64,000 nt of DNA. Origin: a virus. Made by a program: the position numbers and the translations under genes. Shown piece after piece: positions 27,864-38,480 of this stretch; the first letter of the stretch is position 1; the number at the start of each line of letters is the position of its first letter. The DNA lies in the IMG/VR virus record IMGVR_UViG_3300023202_000068, positions 32,001 to 96,000 of that record. The stretch is one strand, 5' to 3'. The notes beneath the pieces are model-generated. The model saw nothing but the letters and a program-made list of their open reading frames with translations. It was not told the DNA's origin and ran no database searches.

Positions 27864-28222
27864 ATGTGGATTCTGCGACATACCGTGCGGTAATTCGCAC
27901 TGTGCGTTCAATACAGATAATAAAGACGTGACCAAGGTGAAGTTGTTTAAAAACACAATAAGTTTCACTCGTGATGGCGCTGAGGTTAGTATTGTGGTAA
28001 AATCTACCAATAAGCTAGCATTAGCTGAGGTGGAAGATTTATTGAGAAGCGTCAAGCGTGATGCTGGAATATCTTGTGAAGAAAAAAACTATTGAAGTAT
28101 TGGTGGAGGAATAAAATGCCATTAACATTTCATGGCAGTGAAGTTACTGCCACGCAACTATTTTTTCTAGCGCAATTGTTCGTACCATTTGCAGTCTACT
28201 TCTTATGGACTTTCTTTAACGA

Positions 28223-28666
28223 GTGGAAGAGGCAGAGATGAATAGCTTGCTAATTAGAGCTAGTTTTGTTATGCTTGTAATCATTACAGTGCAACACGAC
28301 ACATTTAAAGAGGTATACAAGGTGTTTACTAAAGATTACGAAGCTGAGGCTAGAGGTAAGTTGTGCGCTGAAGTCATGGCGATGGAAGACATGTATAAGA
28401 CTTACGCTAGAAATTTATATATTAGAGGCTGTCAAGTTGCCTACGCAAATATGCAGTTTGAAATGTTTACAGCAATGGCTGGTGGTAAGGCTACTGAAGA
28501 GCATAGGAAAAAGTATTTTGAGATAATTAACGATGAAGAAACACCTGAACACGAAGCTATGATGAACTGGTGTGGCAAGGCAGCTTCAAAGTATGAGTTG
28601 GACAATAAAGATCAAATGGTTATGACTTGGCACTTAAAGGAGAAGATGTGCTATGAGCAGGAGTAA
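28223..28666 (+). CDS. hypothetical protein with N-terminal hydrophobic segment
   Basis: ORF track. Confidence 0.5.
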   Translation: MEEAEMNSLLIRASFVMLVIITVQHDTFKEVYKVFTKDYEAEARGKLCAEVMAMEDMYKTYARNLYIRGCQVAYANMQFEMFTAMAGGKATEEHRKKYFEIINDEETPEHEAMMNWCGKAASKYELDNKDQMVMTWHLKEKMCYEQE

Positions 28667-28995
28667 TTACTCAAGTGGCCTTGACCAGTTGTCGTATGGA
28701 CGCTGGAGACCTAGATAATATGACAACTAAAGAGGCTTTTCAAGCTGCGCAGTGGTTTTCTCACCTTGGTGATTGGTTGGCAGACAAGGAGAAGGGGTGA
28801 TGTGTATAATTTGCATAGAAATGGCTAAACAGAGAATGACAATACCAGAGGCTGAGGGAAACGTCGGCGAGGTAGTTGTTACAAAGTCATTCGGTGAGCA
28901 GTTTGAAGAGCAGCACGCACGTGACTTGAAAGATGCATTGACAGACTTAGATATTGATAAACTAGACAAGGTAATAAAGGAAGGGATAGAAGAAG

Positions 28996-29187
28996 ATGAA
29001 CAAAACACTAAAGATGGCTCAAGAGGCTAACAGTAGAGGAATTATCCCACTAGCAATGGTGGAAAAAGAAGAGATCGAGTATGCACTCCTGGTATATAAG
29101 GGTAATAAGACCTTGGCAGCCAGAGCACTAGGTATTGGTCGAGCTACGATCTATAGAAAAATTAAAGAGCACAAGATCACACTATGA
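28996..29187 (+). CDS. stand-alone Fis/NtrC-type helix-turn-helix protein
   Basis: EKEEIEYAL...GNKTLAARALGIGRATIYRKIK. Confidence 0.85.
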   Translation: MNKTLKMAQEANSRGIIPLAMVEKEEIEYALLVYKGNKTLAARALGIGRATIYRKIKEHKITL

Positions 29188-29552
29188 AGTTTTGCCCCAA
29201 GTGCAACAAGAATAGGCGAGACACAAGCTTTTATAAGGCTAAGGCTCAGGCTGATGGATTATCCAGCTACTGTAAGGATTGCCTAAACAAGTATCAAAAG
29301 GAAGTAAGAACTCCCAAGCCTAGACCGCGCAAGTATAGTATTAAGAAAGTACGCAATGGATTGTACGCGGTAAGGGAAAAGGGCTGGGCTGTTGAAATGT
29401 TTACAACAATGCAGGAAGCTAAGGATTTTGTATATGGCAAGAAGCCAGAAGAGCCACAAGTGCTAGAGCCGTCTGTAACAGAGCGCGTGCTAGAGGCTTT
29501 AGAGCAAGACGGTGACACCAGCCTAGTCGGAGGACTGGGCATTGATGTGTAG
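29184..29552 (+). CDS. Zn-finger protein
   Basis: KFCPKC...FY...DGLSSYCKDC. Confidence 0.65.
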   Translation: MKFCPKCNKNRRDTSFYKAKAQADGLSSYCKDCLNKYQKEVRTPKPRPRKYSIKKVRNGLYAVREKGWAVEMFTTMQEAKDFVYGKKPEEPQVLEPSVTERVLEALEQDGDTSLVGGLGIDV

Positions 29553-30897
29553 ACAGACATGTGATAGGATTAGGGCATGGGAAAAGTAATTAAATTTAAA
29601 CCAAAAGACAGTAAAGAACTTGCCCTAGAGTTGATCAAGAAGGGCGGCAAGCACTTTTTAGAAGGGAAGGCGATGTGGCAAAGGGTTACTACCACAAAAC
29701 AAAAGAAACGATAGAGCTTAACCTAGACAAGGTTGTAGTTCGGTCTGTACCTTACAATACGGGTAAGTATGGGATTGTTGAGAAAACCTACACAGGTGAC
29801 TGGTTTGACTGGGACGACGGACCTGTCTTGTTTTACAAAGCTTTAGAAGTGGCTAAACATAGTGTTAGGAAAATCTCTAGAGACGGTGTTTTGATTGACA
29901 CTGATAAGGGCATTCCCATGCACAACATAAGTCACATTGACATTGAACCACCAACACCTTACGTTCTTAAGTTTAGAAAAGTTTACAGCAACTGGTGGGA
30001 GCGCGTGTTCGGTATCTATGAATGGGTGGAAGAGTCGTGAGTGATTCAAAGATAGATTTTGCAAAACTTAAGGAGTTGCAAGCGTCTGTACCTAAATACA
30101 GGACGTTTATCGTTTTTGATGGTGACCCGATTGAAACAACTGCAAACACAAAAAGGTGTTTAGAACTCCCAAAAGGGGAGAGTCTTACCCCACCTAAGGA
30201 TGGATTTTTAGTTGTAGAAAAGTCAGCTTATAATAAACTGTTAATAGCACTACAAGAAATAGCCAACACCAGACCACACAAAGAAGCAGCACTTGAGATG
30301 AAAAATAAAGCTAAGAAAGTTTTGGAGGAAGCGTGAAATACTTACAGCCTTTTGATTTTATCGTTCCATACCTGCCGTTTGTGGCTGCAGGCTGGATTTA
30401 CGACTATTTTTTCCCTAGCGTTACACTTACAGAGACAATTTGGTTAATAGCAGCGTGGGTGATTGCAGAAAAAGCAAGCGAATACTTGAGGGGCGAGTAG
30501 TGGAGACTGTAAAGTTTATATTAAAGTGTTTGTTTAACAAAAGCCTTGGACCTTTTCTATTTATGATTATAATAGGTTTAAACACACAGGCAGTTCAAGA
30601 CTTTAAAGTTCGCGTTGCCATACTGATGATTGGAATGTTTATAGGTATTGCATTCAGTGATTGGTTAGATAAAGCTGTAGAAATTTCAGAACAAGAAAAA
30701 AAGAAAGCACAGGAAGAGTTGGATGAAAAAAGGCGACAAAGTTAAGGACCTTAAAACAGGAGAAGTGGCGACAATAGTAGGTGTCAGGGGAGGGCTAATA
30801 TATGTTATGCCTGACTCAGCTTCACACTTTGCAACGCCAGAATGTTGGTATTACAAATGGGTAAAAAAGCTGGAAGGAGCTGGGGAATAGTTTGCGC

Positions 30898-31011
30898 TTT
30901 ACAAATTGTAAACTTAATTGTAAACTGAGGTTAGTTTTAATTGTAAATTATTCCGTATTGTGATTAGTATATATACGAATAATTTACAAAAAAAATTAGT
31001 ATATATACGAA
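30898..31011. repeat. AT-rich intergenic operator-like repeats
   Basis: AATTGTAAA x3 (30904, 30916, 30939) and ATTAGTATATATACGAA x2 (30963, 30995). Confidence 0.75.
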
Positions 31012-31024
31012 GAAAGGATTTTAA

Positions 31025-31297
31025 ATGAAAACAGTAAGAGCTATAGAAGAAAAAGAAAATGAAGGCATGATGGCTCTAATGGGAAAGCGGGTATTAATAA
31101 TGACCGCTGGCTATTTTTACGAGGGCGAGCTTGTCGGTGTAAACGATACCTGTGTAAAGCTTAGTGACCCAAGTATTGTCTACGAGACGGGAAAGTTTTC
31201 TGACAAAACATATGACGATATTCAAAAACTGCACACAAATATCTGGTACGTGCAGACAGGCTTGATTGAGTCATTTGGAGTTTCTAAAAATGATTAA
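31025..31297 (+). CDS. Sm/LSm-like fold protein
   Basis: LMGKRVLIMT..YFYEGELVGVNDTCVKL matches an Sm1-like pattern. Confidence 0.55.
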   Translation: MKTVRAIEEKENEGMMALMGKRVLIMTAGYFYEGELVGVNDTCVKLSDPSIVYETGKFSDKTYDDIQKLHTNIWYVQTGLIESFGVSKND

Positions 31298-31379
31298 TCA
31301 AAAGTCAATTAGATTGCGATATTGGTCAGAGTCAGGGTCATGGTCAGGGTCAAGGTCATGGTCAAGGTCAAGGTCATGA
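31290..31379 (+). CDS. 29-aa Ser-X repeat peptide (MINQKSIRLRYWSESGSWSGSRSWSRSRS)
   Basis: GGAG RBS; overlaps the end of the Sm-like gene; nine NRGTCA hexamers at 31323-31376. Confidence 0.55.
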   Translation: MINQKSIRLRYWSESGSWSGSRSWSRSRS

Positions 31380-31407
31380 GTTTAAATATGCGAAGGAAGG
31401 GTGAGAG

Positions 31408-32055
31408 ATGAAAGCATTTCATAACGACACAGAAGTTAAGAAGAAATATTTAAGTAGAGTTGAGCATCACATCAAGGTAGATAACCTCATTAGAGGCAAA
31501 GGTTGGGATGGTTCGAAAGGCTGTGCTGTCGGTTGTACATTAGAAAAGTATGATCATAAAGCTTATGAGACTGAGCTTGGTATACCGGAGTGGCTTGCAA
31601 GAGTTGAGGACGCGCTTTTTGAGGGCATGAACTTAGAGAAATCTAAGACTTTTCCTAAAGAGTTTTTAGAATCTATAAATCCAGGTTCTGACTTAGATAA
31701 AATTAAAGCACCGTTTTTAATTATGGTTCTTAGAAGAAGTTTAGAGCATTTTGATCATGAAAAGTATCCTGATATATACCAAGCGGTCCAATCGGTGATT
31801 GATTTATACGAAATTGGAGAAGCGCCTCCCAATCAATTCCAGGCAGCAGAGGCAGCAGCAGAGGCAGCATGGGCAGCAGAGGCAGCAGAGGCAGCAAGGG
31901 CAGAGTCGGTATGGGCAGCAGGGGCAGCAGCAGAGGCAGCAGCAGGGGCAGCAGCAAGGGCAGCAGCAGAGGCAGCAGCAGGGGCAGCAGCAAGGGCAGC
32001 AGAGTATGATTACTTTGCGGATGAGTTGTTGAAACTTTTGGAGGGTGAGCTATGA
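31408..32055 (+). CDS. phage protein with Ala-rich low-complexity tract
   Basis: GCAVGCTL...LGIPEWLA..EDALFEG; (GCA)n-NRG tract at 31843-32004. Confidence 0.7.
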   Translation: MKAFHNDTEVKKKYLSRVEHHIKVDNLIRGKGWDGSKGCAVGCTLEKYDHKAYETELGIPEWLARVEDALFEGMNLEKSKTFPKEFLESINPGSDLDKIKAPFLIMVLRRSLEHFDHEKYPDIYQAVQSVIDLYEIGEAPPNQFQAAEAAAEAAWAAEAAEAARAESVWAAGAAAEAAAGAAARAAAEAAAGAAARAAEYDYFADELLKLLEGEL

Positions 32056-32707
32056 AACAGAAACCGCGAGAGTTTTGGATAAAGGATGGCGATGCTCATG
32101 AAGTCGAGCATGAGGACATGAAGCCTTATGAGTATCATGTTATAGAATACTCCGCCTACGATAACCTTAAAAAGCAGATGGCTGAAGTGTTAAATCGAAT
32201 TGCCGTTAACGAAAAAGATTATGGGAATGTGGGAACTGATAAAGAGTTTTTTAAATTGGAGCAAGTCGAAGCTTTCGCTAGACAAGCACTAGCAAAACTG
32301 GAGGGCGTTGGGGATGAGTAATGTCAAATTATATACCTTTTGTGTAAAACAATATGGAGAAATTAAATTTAAAGTTAACCTTTATTCAGATCATCCCCAT
32401 GAATCAGACTTTATAAGAATGGCTCGTAGGGGCATCGCTGAGATTTATGAAATAGAGGAAGACGATGTAATTCTTGATGTATCTACCGCTGCTTCTGAAT
32501 CAGCAAAAAGGTTTACGCAATGAATGAAGAGATTTGGTATAACTCCGAACACAACTTGATTGGAATAGTTTGTGCGTCTATCAGATTTCCATCAGATAAA
32601 AAAATAGTATACAACGTCCCGTTTAGCTTAGATGAACAATGTATGTTCTTAGAAAGACGGTGGAGAACAGAGCTAAAGAAGTGCGGATGGGAAAGGATTG
32701 GCGAGCT

Positions 32708-33073
32708 ATGAGCAATGACTTACAAAAAGAAATAGCAAGGCTGCGTGAGGTTTGTGATGCGGCTTCGGATGGACCTTGGACTGCGTATGAAAACGGTCCA
32801 TGGGGTAGTCAAGGTTTTGGTGTTGTAACTTTTTGTGACGACAAAGTCCACAGAGCTTTTAACACTCATCCTCACGATAACAGCAAAGAGTCAGCTAAAG
32901 ATGCGCTATTCATAGCCGAATCCCGAACCGCTCTCCCTAAGCTGCTCGATGCGCTCGAAGTGGCCTTAGAAGAGTTAGGTGTTATTGAAAAATCAGACTC
33001 TAATATTCCTGCGCATATAATAGCTAGGTCGGCATTAAAAGAAATCGAAACCATAATAAAAGGCGGCGAGTAA
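32708..33073 (+). CDS. Ead/Ea22-like protein
   Basis: LREVCDAASDGPW...DALFIAESRTALPKLLDALE. Confidence 0.55.
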   Translation: MSNDLQKEIARLREVCDAASDGPWTAYENGPWGSQGFGVVTFCDDKVHRAFNTHPHDNSKESAKDALFIAESRTALPKLLDALEVALEELGVIEKSDSNIPAHIIARSALKEIETIIKGGE

Positions 33074-34020
33074 TGTTTGGATACAGCATTGTGAAAACTG
33101 ATCGATTGCAATATCTAGAAAAATGCACAGTAAAATTTGAAAAAGTCCATCAACTATATCGTTGGTTTTCAGGATGGCAGGATTTAGATATTATATGGAA
33201 CTACATAAGATCAGAAACTTATTTCGGAGGTATTGACGAAGCCAGGAAAAAATACGCAAAAGCCAGAGGCACAAATGTTTACGGAGGCGAGAGTGATTAA
33301 ATACGATATAGAAAATTTTTATAATCTATTTTCTGAAATTGGCTATGCATTTGAGCCTCAGTATCCGCCTAGAAAGCAAACAGTTGATGAGTTAGAAGTT
33401 ATCACGTTTTACAAACTAAGCTTAAGATCCGACGGACAGGCTCAGTACAAAGCTGAGACATATACTTTTAATCCAAAACTGTGGAGCAAGGTTGAGGCTT
33501 TGTATAAACTACTGGAGGGCGAGAGTGAATCTTGATGAAAAGATAAGATTCCATATTATGGATGTGGATTATGACAAAAATTAAATTAGGACAAAAAACA
33601 CTAGATGATGTAGCAAAGAATGAAGACGCTGACGCTATTCGTCATGAGCTGGATAATATTGGCTTGTACAGTATGAAAGATCAGTATATCAACCTACACT
33701 TTCCTTGGGAAAAAGAGGTTGGAAGAAATATAGAGAGGTATCTGGGTGAATAAACTAACAGACGAAGAGATTCAAAAGTATATCGACAAAATCGACTTCC
33801 CTAGTCCTATTGTAGGGTTTACACTATTTGGTATCACATTCTTTATGTGGAGCAGACCGGAGTTTTACTTTGAGCTTATCGAGACAGAACCTTACGCACT
33901 TGACGGCTCTATGCCTAGCATAATGGTCCACCTAGCTTGGTTTGAGTTTATATTTGAAAGTAAGACTTTGTATAGGTTTTTCTACAAGAGAAAGTATGGC
34001 GAAGAGCCAGCAGGTATGGA

Positions 34021-34986
34021 GTGAAAACAATAGTTAAGATGAAGTTTGGCTCACACCTTTATGGGCTTAACACACCTGAGTCAGACACAGACTATAAGGG
34101 TATTTACATTCCTGACCTTAAAGACATTGTACTCCAGCGAGTACCAAAGACTTCCATTAACATGTCTACGGGCTCTGCAGATGGTAAGAATACCAAGGAA
34201 GACGTTGATACTGAAATGTTTACACTGCAGGGCTTTATCAAGATGTGTGCGCAGGGACAGACGGCTGCAGTTGATATGTTGTTTGCACCTGAAGAGATGA
34301 TTATAGAAAGCTCATTCGAGTGGCGCAGGATTCAAGAGCAAAGAGATAAGTTAATTACAGGTAAGGCAGCAGCCTTTGTAGGCTATTGTTATCAACAGGC
34401 TAATAAGTATGGCATCAAGGGGAGTAGGATTAATGCTATAGACACAGTCTTGGCTTTCTTGAGCAAAAAAGACCCAGACATGAAGCTATATATTCCATAC
34501 CACTCTATGTCTCAGGCTTTGGATGGAGTTAAGCATGTGGAGTTTATTAAACTTCCAGTCAAGAAGGGTTCAGATAAAAAAGTAAACGCTGTGGAAGTGT
34601 GTGGTCGTAAGTTTGATGTGTCTGTTAAAATTTCATACATGATCAATGCTTTGGAGAAGATCAAGGATAACTACGGAGATAGAGCCCAACTTGCAAAGAA
34701 AAATAAGGGTATTGATTGGAAGGCTATTTCTCACGCGATGCGCGTATGTATGGAGGCTGAAGAGTTGCTAACTACTGGTCGTGTAACTTTTCCATTCACA
34801 GGTAGAAAAAAGAACTACCTTCTTAATATTAAAAAAGGTGTTTTGGAGTATGACTCTGTTGCACACTCTCTTGAAGAGTATATGCAGCTAATACGGCAGC
34901 TTGAAGAAACTACAACTCTACCTAGGCAGATCGACGTTGACTATTGGGATAACTTTATCTACAATGTCTATACGAGGTCTAGATGA
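34021..34986 (+). CDS. Pol-beta superfamily nucleotidyltransferase (RlaP-like)
   Basis: FGSHLYGLNTPESDTDYKG (GS...DxD); C-terminal DWKAISHAMR. Confidence 0.85.
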   Translation: MKTIVKMKFGSHLYGLNTPESDTDYKGIYIPDLKDIVLQRVPKTSINMSTGSADGKNTKEDVDTEMFTLQGFIKMCAQGQTAAVDMLFAPEEMIIESSFEWRRIQEQRDKLITGKAAAFVGYCYQQANKYGIKGSRINAIDTVLAFLSKKDPDMKLYIPYHSMSQALDGVKHVEFIKLPVKKGSDKKVNAVEVCGRKFDVSVKISYMINALEKIKDNYGDRAQLAKKNKGIDWKAISHAMRVCMEAEELLTTGRVTFPFTGRKKNYLLNIKKGVLEYDSVAHSLEEYMQLIRQLEETTTLPRQIDVDYWDNFIYNVYTRSR

Positions 34987-35271
34987 TTCAGTGGTTTAAA
35001 GATATATTTACAAGTAAGAAGCCTAAGTTTGAAGTGCGGATATTAAATGAAGTGCTCGACACTATAATAGAGCACCAAGAAGAGCTTGAAATGACCGTAA
35101 GCACAACTAGGGAAGTGATGGAAAAGCCAGGTCTATTCACACATCTTGGAGCTAAAACCAAAGGTAAAGTGTGGGCACTTAACTTCGGGCTACACGTTTT
35201 TTATTACTTAATTGTAGATGATAAGTACGTAATCGTGGAGATTGTTGTACCTAAAAAATTGGGAGACATGT

Positions 35272-36231
35272 ATGGCTAAACTGGGACACTCAGACCCACA
35301 CAACTATTTTGAACAAGCTATTGGTGACGGCACCATTAAGCCTTCTACACCACGTATGAGTATGATACCTAGTAAAAAGTACGAAAACCCAGTTAAGAAC
35401 AAGATCTTTCAGATAGACCCAGAATATTTTCACATTTACCGCAATACTAAACTCAAAGCACGTGAAGAACGACTTAGTAAATATTACCAACGCACTGAGT
35501 CAGACAATGAAAGGGTAATTGAATTTATCGTAGATAAGCTAGTTGAGGAATACCCAGACTTGTTTGAGTATTGGTACTACGAAGATAATGTTTGGCTACC
35601 ACACCACTTGAGGTGCCACTTGACTGGTGACAATCTAATGTTTGATCAAAATTGGAAGTTGACCGCACATAAAGTTTACATTGACTCTTTTGATGCCCTG
35701 GCTATGCAAGTTCCTGAAGACCTAGTGATTCACTACTCTAATAGTGACAGAGACTACGCCGGATACATACACTTGTGTCACGCTAACGGCTGGAATGCAG
35801 AGTGGGCAATAGATAAAGACTTCCAATGGGTACATAAAGAGGTAGAGAATATTGACAAGATGATACCAAGACCTAAAGCACTGGTTGACGGCATTATTAA
35901 GTCTGGTAGAACTACAGAGCGTGTTGGTGCAATTAGCTTTAGAACCAATACAGAGTTGAATAGGCATCCTGATGATGAACCAGAAGATGCCAATAAGTTT
36001 AACGCAGAAAATCCAGAGCTGTATATGAGAGTGGAAAGGCAGACTATCAATCCTTTTCCCGATGAAGGCTGTTTCTTGTTTACGATCAAAACTTACTTTG
36101 TAAACTGCGACCACCCAGAGGCAGATAAGAGAGATAAGATCATCAAGGCTTTTGAAAAAGATACAACTAAAGTATATTCACACTGGTTCTTCGATAAGTA
36201 CAAGGATCAAGTATTGGAGTGGTTGAAATGA
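35272..36231 (+). CDS. DUF3445/heme-dependent oxidative N-demethylase alpha-subunit-like protein
   Basis: LAMQVPEDLVI...HLCHANGW...VH..V...YMRVERQTI...LFTIKTYF. Confidence 0.75.
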   Translation: MAKLGHSDPHNYFEQAIGDGTIKPSTPRMSMIPSKKYENPVKNKIFQIDPEYFHIYRNTKLKAREERLSKYYQRTESDNERVIEFIVDKLVEEYPDLFEYWYYEDNVWLPHHLRCHLTGDNLMFDQNWKLTAHKVYIDSFDALAMQVPEDLVIHYSNSDRDYAGYIHLCHANGWNAEWAIDKDFQWVHKEVENIDKMIPRPKALVDGIIKSGRTTERVGAISFRTNTELNRHPDDEPEDANKFNAENPELYMRVERQTINPFPDEGCFLFTIKTYFVNCDHPEADKRDKIIKAFEKDTTKVYSHWFFDKYKDQVLEWLK

Positions 36232-36340
36232 ATCTAGAAGACGCCGTGTATATGCTATTACTTATGCTTGCAACTAACCTTCATATCTATGTGGTCCACT
36301 TAAAGATTGAAGATGTAAGAAAGAAGATGGGAAAGAAGCG

Positions 36341-36643
36341 ATGAGTGAAAGTACTACATTGCGCTATCTATTTTTTGGCTACTTCTTTGTTTTTTTCACA
36401 GCTCTTGTTGGTCCTGCCCTAGTAGGATGTACAGAAGACAGGCCTACCACGTATATTAAAGAGGCGAAGCCATCAGAGAAGGAAGATAAGATATTGTTTC
36501 AGGTTCAGCATTTTCTGGGGAGTGAGTACGAAGTCTTAGGCTATGAGGTTATAGATAGAAACTACACTCAAGCCGTTGAGATTAAGCTTAGAACTAAAGA
36601 TCAAGGCAGGACCATGGATATCCGCTTAGAGTGGGAGATGTAG
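36341..36643 (+). CDS. putative lipoprotein
   Basis: Hydrophobic N-terminus with lipobox LVGC. Confidence 0.5.
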   Translation: MSESTTLRYLFFGYFFVFFTALVGPALVGCTEDRPTTYIKEAKPSEKEDKILFQVQHFLGSEYEVLGYEVIDRNYTQAVEIKLRTKDQGRTMDIRLEWEM

Positions 36644-36972
36644 TAGTGGTTAAGTTAAACAGAAGAAAGTTTTTACAAATCATGGGTTCAGTAGCTGCTG
36701 CTGCAGTCTTGCCAGGACACTTTCCAAAACCAGAGCCTGAAAAGATTTCTGTAGATGAAGTAGAGCCGGTAGTACTAATAAACACCGATGGTGGAGAACT
36801 TACACTTGAAAAGATTGAGGAAGCAGCAATTATGGCTGCTCAGCAACATGGTCAACCAGACATGCTCTTGATACCAGAGGAAAGTTTCAAAGCCCTTTTG
36901 GAGATTACTGAAGAAGAATATTGTGAGATACTTAGAGTTAATCCAAGAGTATCGGAGTGCATCGTTGCGTAA
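36631..36972 (+). CDS. twin-arginine signal peptide protein
   Basis: LNRRKFLQIMGSVAAAAVL. Confidence 0.65.
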   Translation: MGDVVVVKLNRRKFLQIMGSVAAAAVLPGHFPKPEPEKISVDEVEPVVLINTDGGELTLEKIEEAAIMAAQQHGQPDMLLIPEESFKALLEITEEEYCEILRVNPRVSECIVA

Positions 36973-37378
36973 CCTGAGCTATATACGTTTTCTAGGGTTT
37001 ATCATAATCGCAATGTATCTTACAGCGTGCTCTTCAACCTATGTTCACCGCGACATGCGCAAGTACGTAGATAGGTATAAAATATACAAAAAAGACTACC
37101 TTGGGACTGATGAGCTATATTACCCCATTCATTTTGTGATCGAGCCGATAGACGACGGTGATGCCGTAGGAACTTGTGATCAGCGCATATTGAGTAGGAA
37201 TGGGGAGAAGGCTAGAGTTGTAACTGTTGACATTCACTGGTGGGCAAGGGTTACAGATTCAGACCGTGAGGTAATGATCTTACACGAGCTTGGACACTGT
37301 GACCTAGATATACACGAACACACAGTAATGAAGCTGCAGAGAGCGGCTTTTGAAAACAAGGAGACAAGAGATGTCTAA
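36923..37378 (+). CDS. zincin metallopeptidase lipoprotein
   Basis: Lipobox LTAC; HELGHCDL..H; paralog of 49440. Confidence 0.7.
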   Translation: MRYLELIQEYRSASLRNLSYIRFLGFIIIAMYLTACSSTYVHRDMRKYVDRYKIYKKDYLGTDELYYPIHFVIEPIDDGDAVGTCDQRILSRNGEKARVVTVDIHWWARVTDSDREVMILHELGHCDLDIHEHTVMKLQRAAFENKETRDV

Positions 37379-38444
37379 AGAGTATAAATACGCCGTATTT
37401 ATCGGCAGATTCCAACCCTTCCATAGTTCACACTATGACGTAGCCCTCCAAGGGCTTGAAATTGCAGAAGAATTAATATTCGTAATCGGTTCTGCAAACT
37501 CAGCTAGAAATGTAAAAAATCCATTCACATCACAAGAGCGCAAAGCCATGATATTGTCGGCTTTTGAACCTCATGAGACAAAGAACCTACATTTTATTGA
37601 CGCACGAGACTATCACTACAATGACTTGTTGTGGGTGACGCAAATCCAAAACAGCATTAACCAGATTGTTGAAAACGGTGACCCTGTTGTTCTAATCGGT
37701 AACGTGAAGGATCAGAGTTCTTACTACGTCAAGTATTTTCCACAGTATGACTTCATGCCTATTCGCACAGGCAATGTCATGCAGGATGCTACGGATATTC
37801 GTAATAAGATGTTTGATGTTGAGTTAAAAAGTGCATGGACTGACAGCGGTGTAGGTAAAGTTGACACGACCCATACTATAAATCTTACAAACGAAGTTCC
37901 ACAAGGCGTTAACGACATGATCAATGGCTTCATGGCAACAGACGAGTATAAAGATCTTGTGAAAGAGTTTGAGTTTTTAAAAGACTATAAGTCTAAATGG
38001 GATTCAGCTCCTTATCCTCCGACTTTTATTACGGCTGATGCTGTTGTAACTTGTTCAGGTCATGTATTGGTTGTAAGGCGCGGTTTCAATCCAGGTAAAG
38101 GCCAACTTGCAATGCCAGGAGGGTTTGTCCGACCAACAGAGAAAATCAAAGACGCAGCACTTAGAGAGTTAAAGGAAGAGACTAGGATTAGACTTGACAA
38201 GCTTGTGCTTGATAACGCTATAATACATTCTAAGGTGTTTGACCATCCAGGTAGATCACTGCGTGGTCGCACGGTTACACACGCATATCATATTAAGTTG
38301 AAAGACGGCAGACTTCCTGAGGTAAAAGCAGGTGACGATGCTGATAAGGCATATTGGGTGCCGTTTGCAGACGTTTACAAGCAAGAGACAGATTTTTTTG
38401 AGGACCATTTTCATATTGTAAGTTATTTTTTAAACCAAAGGTAA
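37371..38444 (+). CDS. nadM: bifunctional NMN adenylyltransferase/Nudix ADP-ribose pyrophosphatase
   Basis: FIGRFQPFHSSH; NPFT; Nudix box GGFV...AALRELKEET; FEDHFHI. Confidence 0.95.
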   Translation: MSKEYKYAVFIGRFQPFHSSHYDVALQGLEIAEELIFVIGSANSARNVKNPFTSQERKAMILSAFEPHETKNLHFIDARDYHYNDLLWVTQIQNSINQIVENGDPVVLIGNVKDQSSYYVKYFPQYDFMPIRTGNVMQDATDIRNKMFDVELKSAWTDSGVGKVDTTHTINLTNEVPQGVNDMINGFMATDEYKDLVKEFEFLKDYKSKWDSAPYPPTFITADAVVTCSGHVLVVRRGFNPGKGQLAMPGGFVRPTEKIKDAALRELKEETRIRLDKLVLDNAIIHSKVFDHPGRSLRGRTVTHAYHIKLKDGRLPEVKAGDDADKAYWVPFADVYKQETDFFEDHFHIVSYFLNQR

Positions 38445-38480
38445 GACAGAGAGTTTTACCGGAAAACAAGGAGATCAAAA

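Noticed and set aside
31323-32004. Diversity-generating retroelement variable repeats
   Set aside because: No reverse transcriptase or template/variable repeat pair in the window, and adenines in TCA/GCA are invariant.
31730-32032. Poly-Leu/Pro and poly-Gln ORFs (31730 minus, 31799 plus)
   Set aside because: Alternative-frame shadows of the GCA repeat inside ORF 31408.
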